A stretch of 64,000 nt of DNA, taken from positions 6,176,001 through 6,240,000 of the forward strand of contig OZ245006.1 of the NCBI GenBank assembly GCA_965223545.1. The letters are read 5' to 3'. Below are positions 10,224 through 19,299 of the stretch, piece by piece. Under the pieces are notes generated by a model that was not told the DNA's origin, did not search any database, and saw nothing but the letters and a program-made list of their open reading frames with translations. How positions within the stretch are numbered: position 1 is the first letter of the stretch; each line of letters begins with the position of its first letter. Made by a program: the position numbers and the translations under genes. Source of the stretch: Planctomycetota bacterium (GTDB taxonomy: Bacteria > Planctomycetota > UBA1135 > UBA2386).

Positions 10224-11797
10224 CAGACGGGTTCTCCCGCGTTCAGATGGCGCTGATAGATGTCGGAGTACGCCGTGATCATGTCCTGCTGCGCATAGAA
10301 CCGGCGCACCCGTTGCTGCAGGTTGCGGCCCATCTGTGCGCGCAGGTCGGGGTCTCCGTGCAAGCGGAGCAGCGCCGCGGCGGTTTCCCCCGGGGACGAG
10401 ATCGCCGTGGTGATGCCGCCGACTCCCAAGCTCTTGTCCTCCGGGTTCTTGCCGAACAGGAGGTCTCGACAGCAGCCGACGTCGGTGGTCACCACCGGCA
10501 GACCGACCGCGCCCGCTTCCAACACCGCCAACGGCTGCGCCTCCGAGATGCTGGTCAGAACCAGGACGTCGAGATCGGGCAGGTGCTCGGCGACGTTGAC
10601 GCGACCCTCGAAGCGGACGTTGTCCTGCAGGCCGAACTCGGCGGTGAGCCGGCGGCAGTCAGCGGCGTAGTCGGGGTCTTCCTCGGTCGGTCCCATGATC
10701 CGCACCAAGACGTCGGGGACCTTTCTCGCCACCAGTCTGGTCGCGGCAATCAGGGTGCGCACATCCTTGATGGGGCAGACACGGCCGACGAAGCCCACGG
10801 TGAAACGCTCGTTCTGCGCTCGCTGCGCCAGACGCTCGGCCGCGTCGTTCATGCGCAAGAGATCGATCCCGTTGGGGATGACGCGGATCCGGCCCGGGTC
10901 GGCTCCGTCGCTCACCTGCGCGTGCGCGTTGCCGTGATACAGAGTGAAGATCTCGTCGGCGTGCTCGTAGCAGATCTTGCTCATCACTTGGAAGTGCTGG
11001 TTCCAGAACTGCTTGAAGTAGGGCGGGCTGTTCTCGACGAAGACGCTCCCGCTGGTCGAGCTCTGCGGGATCCAGTCGGCGGAGTGGATCTCGATCCGGC
11101 GCTCCTTGGTGTAGATCCCGTGTTCGGTCAGGATGACGTCGCGCCCGTGCGCCAGCTTGGCAGCGGCGGCACACACGCCGGCATAGCCGGTGGATACCGT
11201 GTGGTACGCGCTGGCGACGGGCAGGGGATAGGCCAGCACGTTGAGCAGGGGTTGGTAGGCGAAGTGCCACGTCCAGAAGAAGTTCAGGAAGCTCTCGTTG
11301 CTGGCCTCCCGGCGGTAGGTCGAGACCAGGACGTTCCAGCTCTCGCGCGTGTTGAGGAACTCGCCCGCCGCCGGGATGGCATCTCCAGGTAGCTGTTGGA
11401 TTCGGCGGACGAAGTCCGCGAACCCGCCGCTGTTGCCGCGCCGCACACCGGCCGCAAAGCGCCAGAACTCACGCACTGCTTCGCGCGGGACCGAGCGACC
11501 GAGTCGCACGCCGGAATGGCGGGCGCGTCGGAGGGGCAGCTCCTCCAGCAGGACGACGTTCTCGGGCAGCTCGTACGCGAGCTTGGCGTAGAAGTTCGCG
11601 CTCGGGCTGAGGTGAACGATGCCGAAACGCAGCTCCGGCATCTGCGAAATCAGCTGGTGGACCCACGACGACACGCCGCCGGCGACATAGGGGTAGGTGC
11701 CCTCGAGGATGAAGCAGATATCGGGACGCACGCCCTGCCGGCGGCGGATCACCCGCGCCGGGTTGAGGCGATCGAGAATTGCGCTGAGCCGCGCCAT
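10223..11797 (-). CDS. pelF: GT4 glycosyltransferase PelF (DUF3492 + GT4)
   Basis: EGTYPYVAGGVSSWVHQLI, STGYAG, LTEHGIYTKER, GRVCPIKD, LTSISEAQPL, TDVG motifs; stop overlaps the pelG start. Confidence 0.95.
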   Translation of the reverse strand: MARLSAILDRLNPARVIRRRQGVRPDICFILEGTYPYVAGGVSSWVHQLISQMPELRFGIVHLSPSANFYAKLAYELPENVVLLEELPLRRARHSGVRLGRSVPREAVREFWRFAAGVRRGNSGGFADFVRRIQQLPGDAIPAAGEFLNTRESWNVLVSTYRREASNESFLNFFWTWHFAYQPLLNVLAYPLPVASAYHTVSTGYAGVCAAAAKLAHGRDVILTEHGIYTKERRIEIHSADWIPQSSTSGSVFVENSPPYFKQFWNQHFQVMSKICYEHADEIFTLYHGNAHAQVSDGADPGRIRVIPNGIDLLRMNDAAERLAQRAQNERFTVGFVGRVCPIKDVRTLIAATRLVARKVPDVLVRIMGPTEEDPDYAADCRRLTAEFGLQDNVRFEGRVNVAEHLPDLDVLVLTSISEAQPLAVLEAGAVGLPVVTTDVGCCRDLLFGKNPEDKSLGVGGITTAISSPGETAAALLRLHGDPDLRAQMGRNLQQRVRRFYAQQDMITAYSDIYQRHLNAGEPV

Positions 11798-11798
11798 G

Positions 11799-12833
11799 TC
11801 AGCGACCGGCCCCCCACAGAGACTCGTTCAACGCGGCGGTGCGGCCGTCACCGATCGCGGTGATCCAGTCGGGAACCTCGTGGCCGGCGGCCTCCAGCGC
11901 GAGGCCGTGCTGGCGGACGGTTTGTAGGTCGCGCTGCGCGAATGCGGTCTCGGCCAGCGTGAGCAGGAGGTCCGCACTGGTGTCGGCTTCCGTCAATGGC
12001 GCCAGGATGCGGCGGGCGGCGTCGTGTTCGCCGAGCGCGGCGTGCGCCGCGCCGACGATGCGAGTCGCCCGGACCTGACTGCTCTGGTCGTACCGCAGTG
12101 GGTCGGCCGCCTTGATCGCTTCGTGAGCCCAGTAGCGCGCCATCTCCGAGTCCAGCACTCCGCTGCGGGCGAACTCGAGCTGGATCGACGCCAGCTCGAG
12201 CCGGGATTCGCTGTCCGCTTCACCGGTGTCTTCGGCGATGACCGGCAGGAGAGCGGCGATGCGCGCCTCGAAGCCTTGTGCCAACCGGTCGAGTTCGGCG
12301 TGCGCGCACAGCCGGATCTCGTGATCGTCGTCGCGCAAGCACCGGCGCATCATCTCGACGTGGCGCCGTTCGCCGCGCCGCCCCAGGCTGCGGAGGAGGT
12401 TGCGCTTTTGGTCGAGCGTGCCGCGGTGCAAGACCTCGCGGTAGGTGACCGCGTTCAGCTCGCGCGACAGGTCGTAGTCGAGGTCTCCCGACAGCGAGCG
12501 TGCCTTGCGTTCCTCCTGTCGCGCGTCCTGCGCGGCTTCGAAGTCCGCATGCGCGTTGATCCGCGTCCCGTCATCGGCGGGGGCGATCAGCCAGGCGAGC
12601 ATTGGGCCGAGCATCGGGACCAGCGCCGCCGTGACCCACGCCGCGTCGAAGTCGACGCCGCCCCGGCCGGCGCGCAACCGGGCGGCGGCGGCGCAGGCGC
12701 CGGCGCCGGCGCAGTGCAGAATCAGACCTACCCACGGCGGTAGAGCCGTCGACAGCCGCAGCAGGGTGGCGGTCGATGCCAGCGCGCTGGCGGTCGCGGC
12801 GACGACCAGGATGCCGATCCACGCGATCCTCAC
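11799..12833 (-). CDS. pelE: PelE-like membrane protein with HEAT/TPR-like helical repeats
   Basis: N-terminal transmembrane helices (ALVPMLGPMLAWL), CLRDDDHEIRLCAHAEL, LEFARSGVLD; lies between pelD and pelF; GTGA overlap with pelD. Confidence 0.75.
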   Translation of the reverse strand: MRIAWIGILVVAATASALASTATLLRLSTALPPWVGLILHCAGAGACAAAARLRAGRGGVDFDAAWVTAALVPMLGPMLAWLIAPADDGTRINAHADFEAAQDARQEERKARSLSGDLDYDLSRELNAVTYREVLHRGTLDQKRNLLRSLGRRGERRHVEMMRRCLRDDDHEIRLCAHAELDRLAQGFEARIAALLPVIAEDTGEADSESRLELASIQLEFARSGVLDSEMARYWAHEAIKAADPLRYDQSSQVRATRIVGAAHAALGEHDAARRILAPLTEADTSADLLLTLAETAFAQRDLQTVRQHGLALEAAGHEVPDWITAIGDGRTAALNESLWGAGR

Positions 12834-15514
12834 CCTTCGCCTCCTTGTTCCTCGACCCCTCGATCGTCGAAGTTGGCAAACGGGGTGCCGTCAGCCAGGT
12901 CACCGGGCGCGCTTTCCGCCCTGGCAGGGCTGTGGCCTTCGGCGTCGTCCTTGCCGCCCGCCAGCAGTCCATCGATGAGCTCTTGTCCCAAGCCGGGGAT
13001 GAGCGCGCGCAGCTGGCCGCTCACTTCGGCCAATGAGCTCTCCGGGATGCGTGACCGCAACGCATCCAACAGCCTGCGCATGACGATGCCGGCGTGCTCG
13101 GAGCGTGCGCCGGGAAGCACGATCGCGCAGCGATCGGGCGGCAGCGTGTAGATGCCGTCGGTGGTCCGCAAGAGTTGGTTGGCGACGTGTTCACAGTGGC
13201 GCGCCAGCACGCCGCAGCTCTCCTCCGTGTCCGAGGGCGCGCGGAGTTCGATGGCGTGCAGGTCGGTGCCGAACCGCTGCGCCAGCGAGATCTCGATGCG
13301 CAGTCGATCGACCAGGGCCCCGGCCACATCGGCGGTCAGAGCCGATGGGAGCTCGAAGGGGCAGCGCGGATCGAGGGCGATCGGCGCGTTCTCGCAGAAG
13401 TGATCGGTGAGCCGCGGTAGCAGCGTGGCCAGGTCGGGCGCGGTCTCGTCCGGCACGAAGACGGTCAACTCGACATCGCCGACGGCGTCGGTGCGCAGGA
13501 ACTCGAGCCGCCGCTGCAAGCGCCGGCGCACGACTTCGGCGCCGTGTGCGGGAGTGCCACCCAGCACCAGGACGAATGCGCCGGGGTAACCGAATCGGTA
13601 CAGCGTGTCGGACGCCCGCAAGCCCTGCGCGAAGGTATCGGCGACGTAGCGCTCGACGCGCTCGTTCTCCGCCGCAGTGCGTGGTGTGCGCTGGATGGTC
13701 TGCAGGGTGATCAGGCTCGCCCCGATACCGAGCCGGCTGCAGCGCGAGTCCTCGAGAAGCAGGCGGACCGCCAGCTGGCGGGGAGATCGAAGCTGTGGTG
13801 CACTGGGTGCGAGCGCGGGGGCTGGCCCACCGAATGCTGTTTGAGTGCGCTCCGCCCGCCGCAAGGTCGCGGTGATCCACTCGGCGATACCGAAGAAGAT
13901 CGAGACGGTCGCGTCGTTCAGGCGCCGAACCGGGATGTCGTCCAGGCACAGGACCGCGCAAACCGTGCCGTCGTTGCCCGAGATCGGCGCGACCGCCAGC
14001 GGACCGTCGGCCGACAGCGACTCGGTCGGATCGAGGCCGTTGATCGGACGGGCTTGCTGCAGGGCGCGCTGCACTTGGCTCGCCCCCGCCACGGCTTCGA
14101 GAGTCTCGCGCGTGGTGTCCTCCGACCAACCGATCTGAGCCGCGAGGTCGACTCCGCCACTCCCGAGTGGGGTCAGCACCGAAGCCCGGCTGGCTCCGCA
14201 CTGATCGGCGACCATCTGCAGGGCGAGCTCGTAGATCGAGTCGCGGGAGGCCGACTCGACCATGGCGGCCGTGTCGATCATGTTGCCGAACATCGTCGTG
14301 TGGTCGACGAAGCGGCGCTTGAGCTCCAGGTTGGCCTGGGTCAGGAGGTCGTTCTCGTGAAACAGTCCGTGCAGCTGTTCTTGCAGTCGCTCGTATCGCC
14401 GCCAGAGCTTGGTGTGGCGTTGGGCTTGGTCGTCGCGGAAGTCGCCGATCAGAAAGCCCACCGCGGTGAACATGATCGGCTCCTTCATGAACTCGAACCG
14501 CAGCAGCTCGGTCAGGCCAGCACCGGCGTGCGCTTGCCAAAGGCCGGTCACGTGCAGAATGCTGGCCACTACCGCCGCGACCAGCGCCGCGACCGCGCCG
14601 CGTGCTGCGGCCATCGGCAACACGATGAGCCAGTACGGGTGTGGTTCGAAGCCGACGAAGCCGACTTGGCCGTTTCTCCAGTAGAGCTCGGCGATTGTCG
14701 CCAGCCCGAACAGCGCGGTGACCTCGATGCACACCGTGCGCCACCAGTGCGGCAGAGCGGCCTTGGGTGCGACTCCCGGCTCGCTGGCAACCGGCTGGTC
14801 GAGTGTGTCGCTCGCGACGTCGTCGTCGAGGTCCGCGTCGAGGTCGAGTTCCACGTCGGCCGCTGTAGGCGGCGCCGCCTTCAGCGGGGGTGGGCTCGTG
14901 GGCGCCTCGGGTTCACCGGTGTGGTAGACGTCCTCGATGAAGGCCATGAAGCTGGCCAACGCCTCGGGGTCGTCCTCCGCATCGTCGCCTGCGTCCAGCG
15001 GAGCCGCCGGCCCGTCCGGTGCCGGGACCTGCGCCGCCGCGTCCGCGCCGACCGCGTCGAGGCCGCCTGCGAAGCTGTCCTCGTCGGCTTCGCGGTCGGC
15101 TTCGGGGAACAGCGGATTGGACGCCGCCGCTGGCGGGTCTTCGATCGCCGCAGAGTCAGGCTCGGAGTGGGGTGGCCCGAAGCCCGGCTCCCCCAGGTCC
15201 CAGCCACCGGACTCCGGCAGGTCATCCTCCGGCCCTTCAGGCTGTGGGTCTTCCGCCGCGGTGGGGAGCACCGGCTCGAGATCTGGGAACAGCGGATTGG
15301 GTGCGGGCGTCGCCGCGTCCGACTCCGGCGCTTCCGCTTCGCGTGGCTCGGTGTCGGGAAACAGCGGGTTGGGTGCGGCCGGACGGCGTGGCAGCTCGAA
15401 ATCGTGCAGCGGCGGTGGCTCGGGGAACGCCGAGGAGCCCGCGGCGTCATCGCACACATCGTGCTCGCGCCGCCGCCCCCTGTCGTCGCCCGGTGTCCCC
15501 ATCGGCTTCACCAC
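12830..15514 (-). CDS. pelD: PelD-like c-di-GMP receptor (acidic disordered N-terminus, TM, coiled coil, GAF, two degenerate GGDEF-like domains)
   Basis: PHPYWLIVLPMAAARG transmembrane region, coiled coil, GAF-like segment, LRASDTLYRFGYPGAF and LRTTDGIYTL (RxxD) segments; position in the pel locus. Confidence 0.8.
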   Translation of the reverse strand: MVKPMGTPGDDRGRRREHDVCDDAAGSSAFPEPPPLHDFELPRRPAAPNPLFPDTEPREAEAPESDAATPAPNPLFPDLEPVLPTAAEDPQPEGPEDDLPESGGWDLGEPGFGPPHSEPDSAAIEDPPAAASNPLFPEADREADEDSFAGGLDAVGADAAAQVPAPDGPAAPLDAGDDAEDDPEALASFMAFIEDVYHTGEPEAPTSPPPLKAAPPTAADVELDLDADLDDDVASDTLDQPVASEPGVAPKAALPHWWRTVCIEVTALFGLATIAELYWRNGQVGFVGFEPHPYWLIVLPMAAARGAVAALVAAVVASILHVTGLWQAHAGAGLTELLRFEFMKEPIMFTAVGFLIGDFRDDQAQRHTKLWRRYERLQEQLHGLFHENDLLTQANLELKRRFVDHTTMFGNMIDTAAMVESASRDSIYELALQMVADQCGASRASVLTPLGSGGVDLAAQIGWSEDTTRETLEAVAGASQVQRALQQARPINGLDPTESLSADGPLAVAPISGNDGTVCAVLCLDDIPVRRLNDATVSIFFGIAEWITATLRRAERTQTAFGGPAPALAPSAPQLRSPRQLAVRLLLEDSRCSRLGIGASLITLQTIQRTPRTAAENERVERYVADTFAQGLRASDTLYRFGYPGAFVLVLGGTPAHGAEVVRRRLQRRLEFLRTDAVGDVELTVFVPDETAPDLATLLPRLTDHFCENAPIALDPRCPFELPSALTADVAGALVDRLRIEISLAQRFGTDLHAIELRAPSDTEESCGVLARHCEHVANQLLRTTDGIYTLPPDRCAIVLPGARSEHAGIVMRRLLDALRSRIPESSLAEVSGQLRALIPGLGQELIDGLLAGGKDDAEGHSPARAESAPGDLADGTPFANFDDRGVEEQGGEG

Positions 15515-18500
15515 CTGGTGACCAGCTGCGCCTGTACACCGTACAGGCTGGAGTCATCGGTGCGACCCAGGGCCTCGCCGATCGAGGCGCGCAGGGTGAG
15601 CTCCCATGCCGGGCGTGGCCGCCACGTCATGCCCCAGTCGACGCCCCAGATGCTGGTGCCCTCGCGCAGCTCGTGGCCGACGTGCGCCAGCAGGCTCGTG
15701 CCGAGCCCCTCACAGAGCTGGCGATCCGCGCGTCCGGCGACGATGGCGTAGTGATAGCGCGCGGAGATCGGCATCTGGTGCTGGAGGCGGCGCTCCAGCA
15801 GCCAAGCGGATTGCAGGCTGCCCCATGCTTGCAGCAACCAGGGCTCGTCGTAATCGGGGCTGTCGAGCAGCACCGGACTCACCGGACCGCTGTGCACGCG
15901 CGTCGGCGTGAAGCCGGAGGCGATCGCCTGCTCGCTCGGCCGGATCGTGTGGCCCAAGCTCAGCTCGAGCTGGGCGTTGCCGTCGTGCACGGTGCCCTGC
16001 TGCGGGGTGTCGATCTGCAGGGCCTCGAGCTTGGTGTCGGCGCCGGCCCACCAGCCCGCAGTGAACTCGTCGTATGCCTGCAGCTGTGCGCCGTGCCTTC
16101 GACCCGCCAGGGCGATGGCGGCGCCGGGGCCGTCGATCAACTCGTTCGCGTACAGCCGCAGCGAGTAGCTCGGTTGTGGCGGGGTGTGACGGGCAGTGAC
16201 CTCTAGCCAGCCGCTGACGGGAAGGTCCCCCGGCGCGTCGAGCAGGAACGAGAGTCCGCCGCCGAACCGGCGCACGCGGTCGACGGGGCCGTCCAGCGCC
16301 ACGTCGAGCACGCCGATGTCGCTTGTCGCGACGCGCGTGGCGTCGTCGATCGCCGCGGCGCGCCCCTCGAAGTGCAGCGCGCTCAGCCGCAGCTCGGCGC
16401 GGTGATCGTCCTCGGTGCGCAGAGACGTGCCGACGCTGAACCACGCATGGCGGTCGTCGCCGACCGCGCGCCATCCCGTGCTGGCAATGCCGACGTCGGC
16501 CGCCAGATCGCCGACCCGTTGCGCCGCCGCCGCCGCGTGCAAGCTGTCGGGCTGCAGCCGCAGCCAGTCTTGGTAGGCGCGCAGTGCACGCGGCCAGTCC
16601 GCCAGCTTCTCGTGGCTAGCGCCGAGCTGGGCGAACGCGCCGGCGTCGGGTCCGTGGAGCTCGAGTCGTCGCGTGAGCACCGCGCACGCCTGGCCGTGTG
16701 CCTTGGTGCGGCTGAAGAAGGCCGCGGCGATGCGCAGCGCGCGCGCATCGTCCGGCGCATCCGCCAGCGCGCGTTCGACGTGCGGCGCGGCTTCCTCGGT
16801 GCGCTCGAGGTCGAGTAGCAGCTCGGCCAGGTCGAGGCGCAGCCCGATTGCGTCGGGCGAAGCTTCGACCAGCCGCTCGCGAATCGGCACCGCCTCGTCC
16901 GCGCGGCCGACGCGCGCCAGCGCGTGGGCGACCATGCTCTGCAGCTCGTCGGTCTGTGGCGTGATCGCACGCAAGCCGACGATCGACCGCCGAAAGTGAT
17001 GGCGTGCCCGTTGCAGTCGCTCGGTGGCCCACAGGGCCTCCGCCAGCAGGTGCTCCCCTCGGGCGTCTCCGGGGTTGGCCGTCAGATGCTGCTGCAGCAG
17101 CGCCACGGCGCGGTGCGGCGCGCCGTTCCAAGACAGGATCTGACCCTGGCGCAGTCTGGCGGTCGGATGCGCCGGATCGCGGACCAGAACCTGCTGGAAG
17201 AACAGCGCGGCCTGATCGAACCGCGCCATGCCGAACAGCTGTTCGCCGACCTGTGCGATCTCCTCCACCGGAGCGTCCGGGTGCGCTGCCCTGGCCTCGG
17301 TCCAGGCCATCGCGCGGTCGATGTCCTCGACTGCGTACAGGGCGGTGATGAGACGGGAGGTCGCCGTGGAGCGCAGCCCGTCCTTCTCTGCCAGGAAGCG
17401 CCAGTGTGGCAACGCGGCATCGTACCGTTCGCTCGCCTCCAGCAGCTCCGCGAGCCGCGCTCGGTTGGCGTCGTCTTGGGGTGCGCGCTCGAGCAGCGCG
17501 CCACGGGCCTCGGACTCGGCGTCGCTGTCGCCCGCCCAGGCGGCGCGATCGATCCATGCCCGCAGCAGCTGCTGATCCTCGGGGAACGCGTAGAACAGCT
17601 CGCGCGCGGCGACGGCGCGTTCGGGCGCGGTCGGCAGGGCGTCGACGAGCTCCAACCGGAAGCCGCGAGACGCACCGTCGTAACCATGCCGGTCGAGCAG
17701 CTCCTGCGCGATGGTGCGGAAGCGCTCGCGGCGCAGGAACGGGCGCAGCTGATCGAGGACGTCGGCGACGATGGTGTCCGGCATGTCGCCGGTGCGCGCC
17801 ATCTCCAGCGCGCGTTCGCCCAGCCCAGGAACGCCGGCCCGCTCGAACTGGCGGAAGCGCTCGAAGAACTGCTCAGGGGCCAGGTCCAGGCCACCGAGCC
17901 GCACCAGCAGCTGCTGTACGCGCGCGTCCTGGCGCAAGCCGGTGCGGAGTTGCAGCAGCTCGACCCACGTGCCCTTGTCGTATGGCAGTCGTTGGAGCCG
18001 CGCCTCGAGCAGATCCGCCAAGTCCTCGACCCGATTGGTCATCCGGTACAGGTGCTCGAGGCGCTCCTCGTAGACGACGTCCGCCTCCAGCGTGTGCAGG
18101 CTGCGCAGCTCGGCGATGGCCCGGTCCAAACGCAGGTCTTGCAGAGCGAGGTCGACTGCCATCTCGCGCCAGCGGACGGTGTCGGGTTGCTCCTGAATCA
18201 AGTAGTCGAGCAGCTCGAAGGCCTGGTCGGGCATGCCGCTGGTCAACGCCAGGTGGATCGCCCGCTCCGTCTCGGCGGTCTCGCCCGCGCGCTCTGCCAT
18301 GACGAGTGCATGGGGTACCGCGCGTCCGGGTTCGCCGATGAAGTCGTACAGCGCCAGCAGGCGGTGCCGAATCGAATCGTCATCGTCGATGGCGCGCGCC
18401 AAGATCTGCTCCAGGGCGTTGGCCTCGGCGGCGGGCTTGCCCAGCCAGCCGGCCAACGTCGCCCGCCTCTTCCAGTAGTCGGGATCCGTCGGCTTGAAGC

Positions 18501-19299
18501 GCAGCGAGTGCTGGGACACCGCCCACGCCGCGGGGAGCTGCCCGTCGCCGATCAGCACCCGTGTCAGGTGCCGACCGATCTGCGCTGCCCCGGGATAGCG
18601 GCGCAGCCCGCGCAGCAGCCAGCGCACTCGGGCGCGGCCACGGCCCGCGTCCTCGAACTTCTGCGCGACGTCGACGAAACGTCGCAGGTCGGTGCGGCCG
18701 CCGGCGATCGCGTGGCGCTCCTGGTCTGCCATCGCGTCGGCGGGCGGCGCGAGCGCGGTGCGCATGGCCGCTGGCCACTCGTCGCGCTGGAAGAACTGCT
18801 CGGTGGCGCGGGCGATGCCGTCGTCGCCATACAGCGAGACGATGGTGTCGGTCAAGGCGACGACGTCGAGCGCCTCACCCAGCAAACGCTGGTTGCGCGG
18901 GTCGTCGAGGGGGGCCGGAGCCGGCGTCGAGAGCTCCGCTTCGAGGGTGCGGATCGGTCCGCTCAGCTGCCGGGCGTCGGGGTAGCTGACGGCCAGCTGT
19001 CGCAAGCGTTCGAGGGACAGCCGCGCGTCGCCGAGGAGGCGGGCTTCGTCGAGCAGCTCGAGCGGCGAGCGAATGCGCTCGCCGGTGTGTCGATCGATCC
19101 GCGCCGCGGTATCGGGGATGTCGCGGTCCGCCGCGCTGGTGGTGCCGCGCGCGGCCGGTCCCTCTGGCCCGCGCGGCAGCTCGGTGATGGTGCGCCGGCG
19201 CGGTTCCAGCGCCAGGGTGCTGGGCACGGCCAGCAGCGCCGCGATCAACGCGCAGTTGGCCATGGCAAACAGCGCCACTTTCGACCGCTGGAAGATCAC
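15508..19299 (-). CDS. pelB: PelB-like TPR-rich protein with C-terminal outer-membrane beta-barrel
   Basis: GTG start overlapping the pelA stop (GTGA 19296-19299); hydrophobic N-terminus; long TPR-like array; alternating beta-strand C-terminus ending LVTRW. Confidence 0.75.
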   Translation of the reverse strand: MIFQRSKVALFAMANCALIAALLAVPSTLALEPRRRTITELPRGPEGPAARGTTSAADRDIPDTAARIDRHTGERIRSPLELLDEARLLGDARLSLERLRQLAVSYPDARQLSGPIRTLEAELSTPAPAPLDDPRNQRLLGEALDVVALTDTIVSLYGDDGIARATEQFFQRDEWPAAMRTALAPPADAMADQERHAIAGGRTDLRRFVDVAQKFEDAGRGRARVRWLLRGLRRYPGAAQIGRHLTRVLIGDGQLPAAWAVSQHSLRFKPTDPDYWKRRATLAGWLGKPAAEANALEQILARAIDDDDSIRHRLLALYDFIGEPGRAVPHALVMAERAGETAETERAIHLALTSGMPDQAFELLDYLIQEQPDTVRWREMAVDLALQDLRLDRAIAELRSLHTLEADVVYEERLEHLYRMTNRVEDLADLLEARLQRLPYDKGTWVELLQLRTGLRQDARVQQLLVRLGGLDLAPEQFFERFRQFERAGVPGLGERALEMARTGDMPDTIVADVLDQLRPFLRRERFRTIAQELLDRHGYDGASRGFRLELVDALPTAPERAVAARELFYAFPEDQQLLRAWIDRAAWAGDSDAESEARGALLERAPQDDANRARLAELLEASERYDAALPHWRFLAEKDGLRSTATSRLITALYAVEDIDRAMAWTEARAAHPDAPVEEIAQVGEQLFGMARFDQAALFFQQVLVRDPAHPTARLRQGQILSWNGAPHRAVALLQQHLTANPGDARGEHLLAEALWATERLQRARHHFRRSIVGLRAITPQTDELQSMVAHALARVGRADEAVPIRERLVEASPDAIGLRLDLAELLLDLERTEEAAPHVERALADAPDDARALRIAAAFFSRTKAHGQACAVLTRRLELHGPDAGAFAQLGASHEKLADWPRALRAYQDWLRLQPDSLHAAAAAQRVGDLAADVGIASTGWRAVGDDRHAWFSVGTSLRTEDDHRAELRLSALHFEGRAAAIDDATRVATSDIGVLDVALDGPVDRVRRFGGGLSFLLDAPGDLPVSGWLEVTARHTPPQPSYSLRLYANELIDGPGAAIALAGRRHGAQLQAYDEFTAGWWAGADTKLEALQIDTPQQGTVHDGNAQLELSLGHTIRPSEQAIASGFTPTRVHSGPVSPVLLDSPDYDEPWLLQAWGSLQSAWLLERRLQHQMPISARYHYAIVAGRADRQLCEGLGTSLLAHVGHELREGTSIWGVDWGMTWRPRPAWELTLRASIGEALGRTDDSSLYGVQAQLVTRW

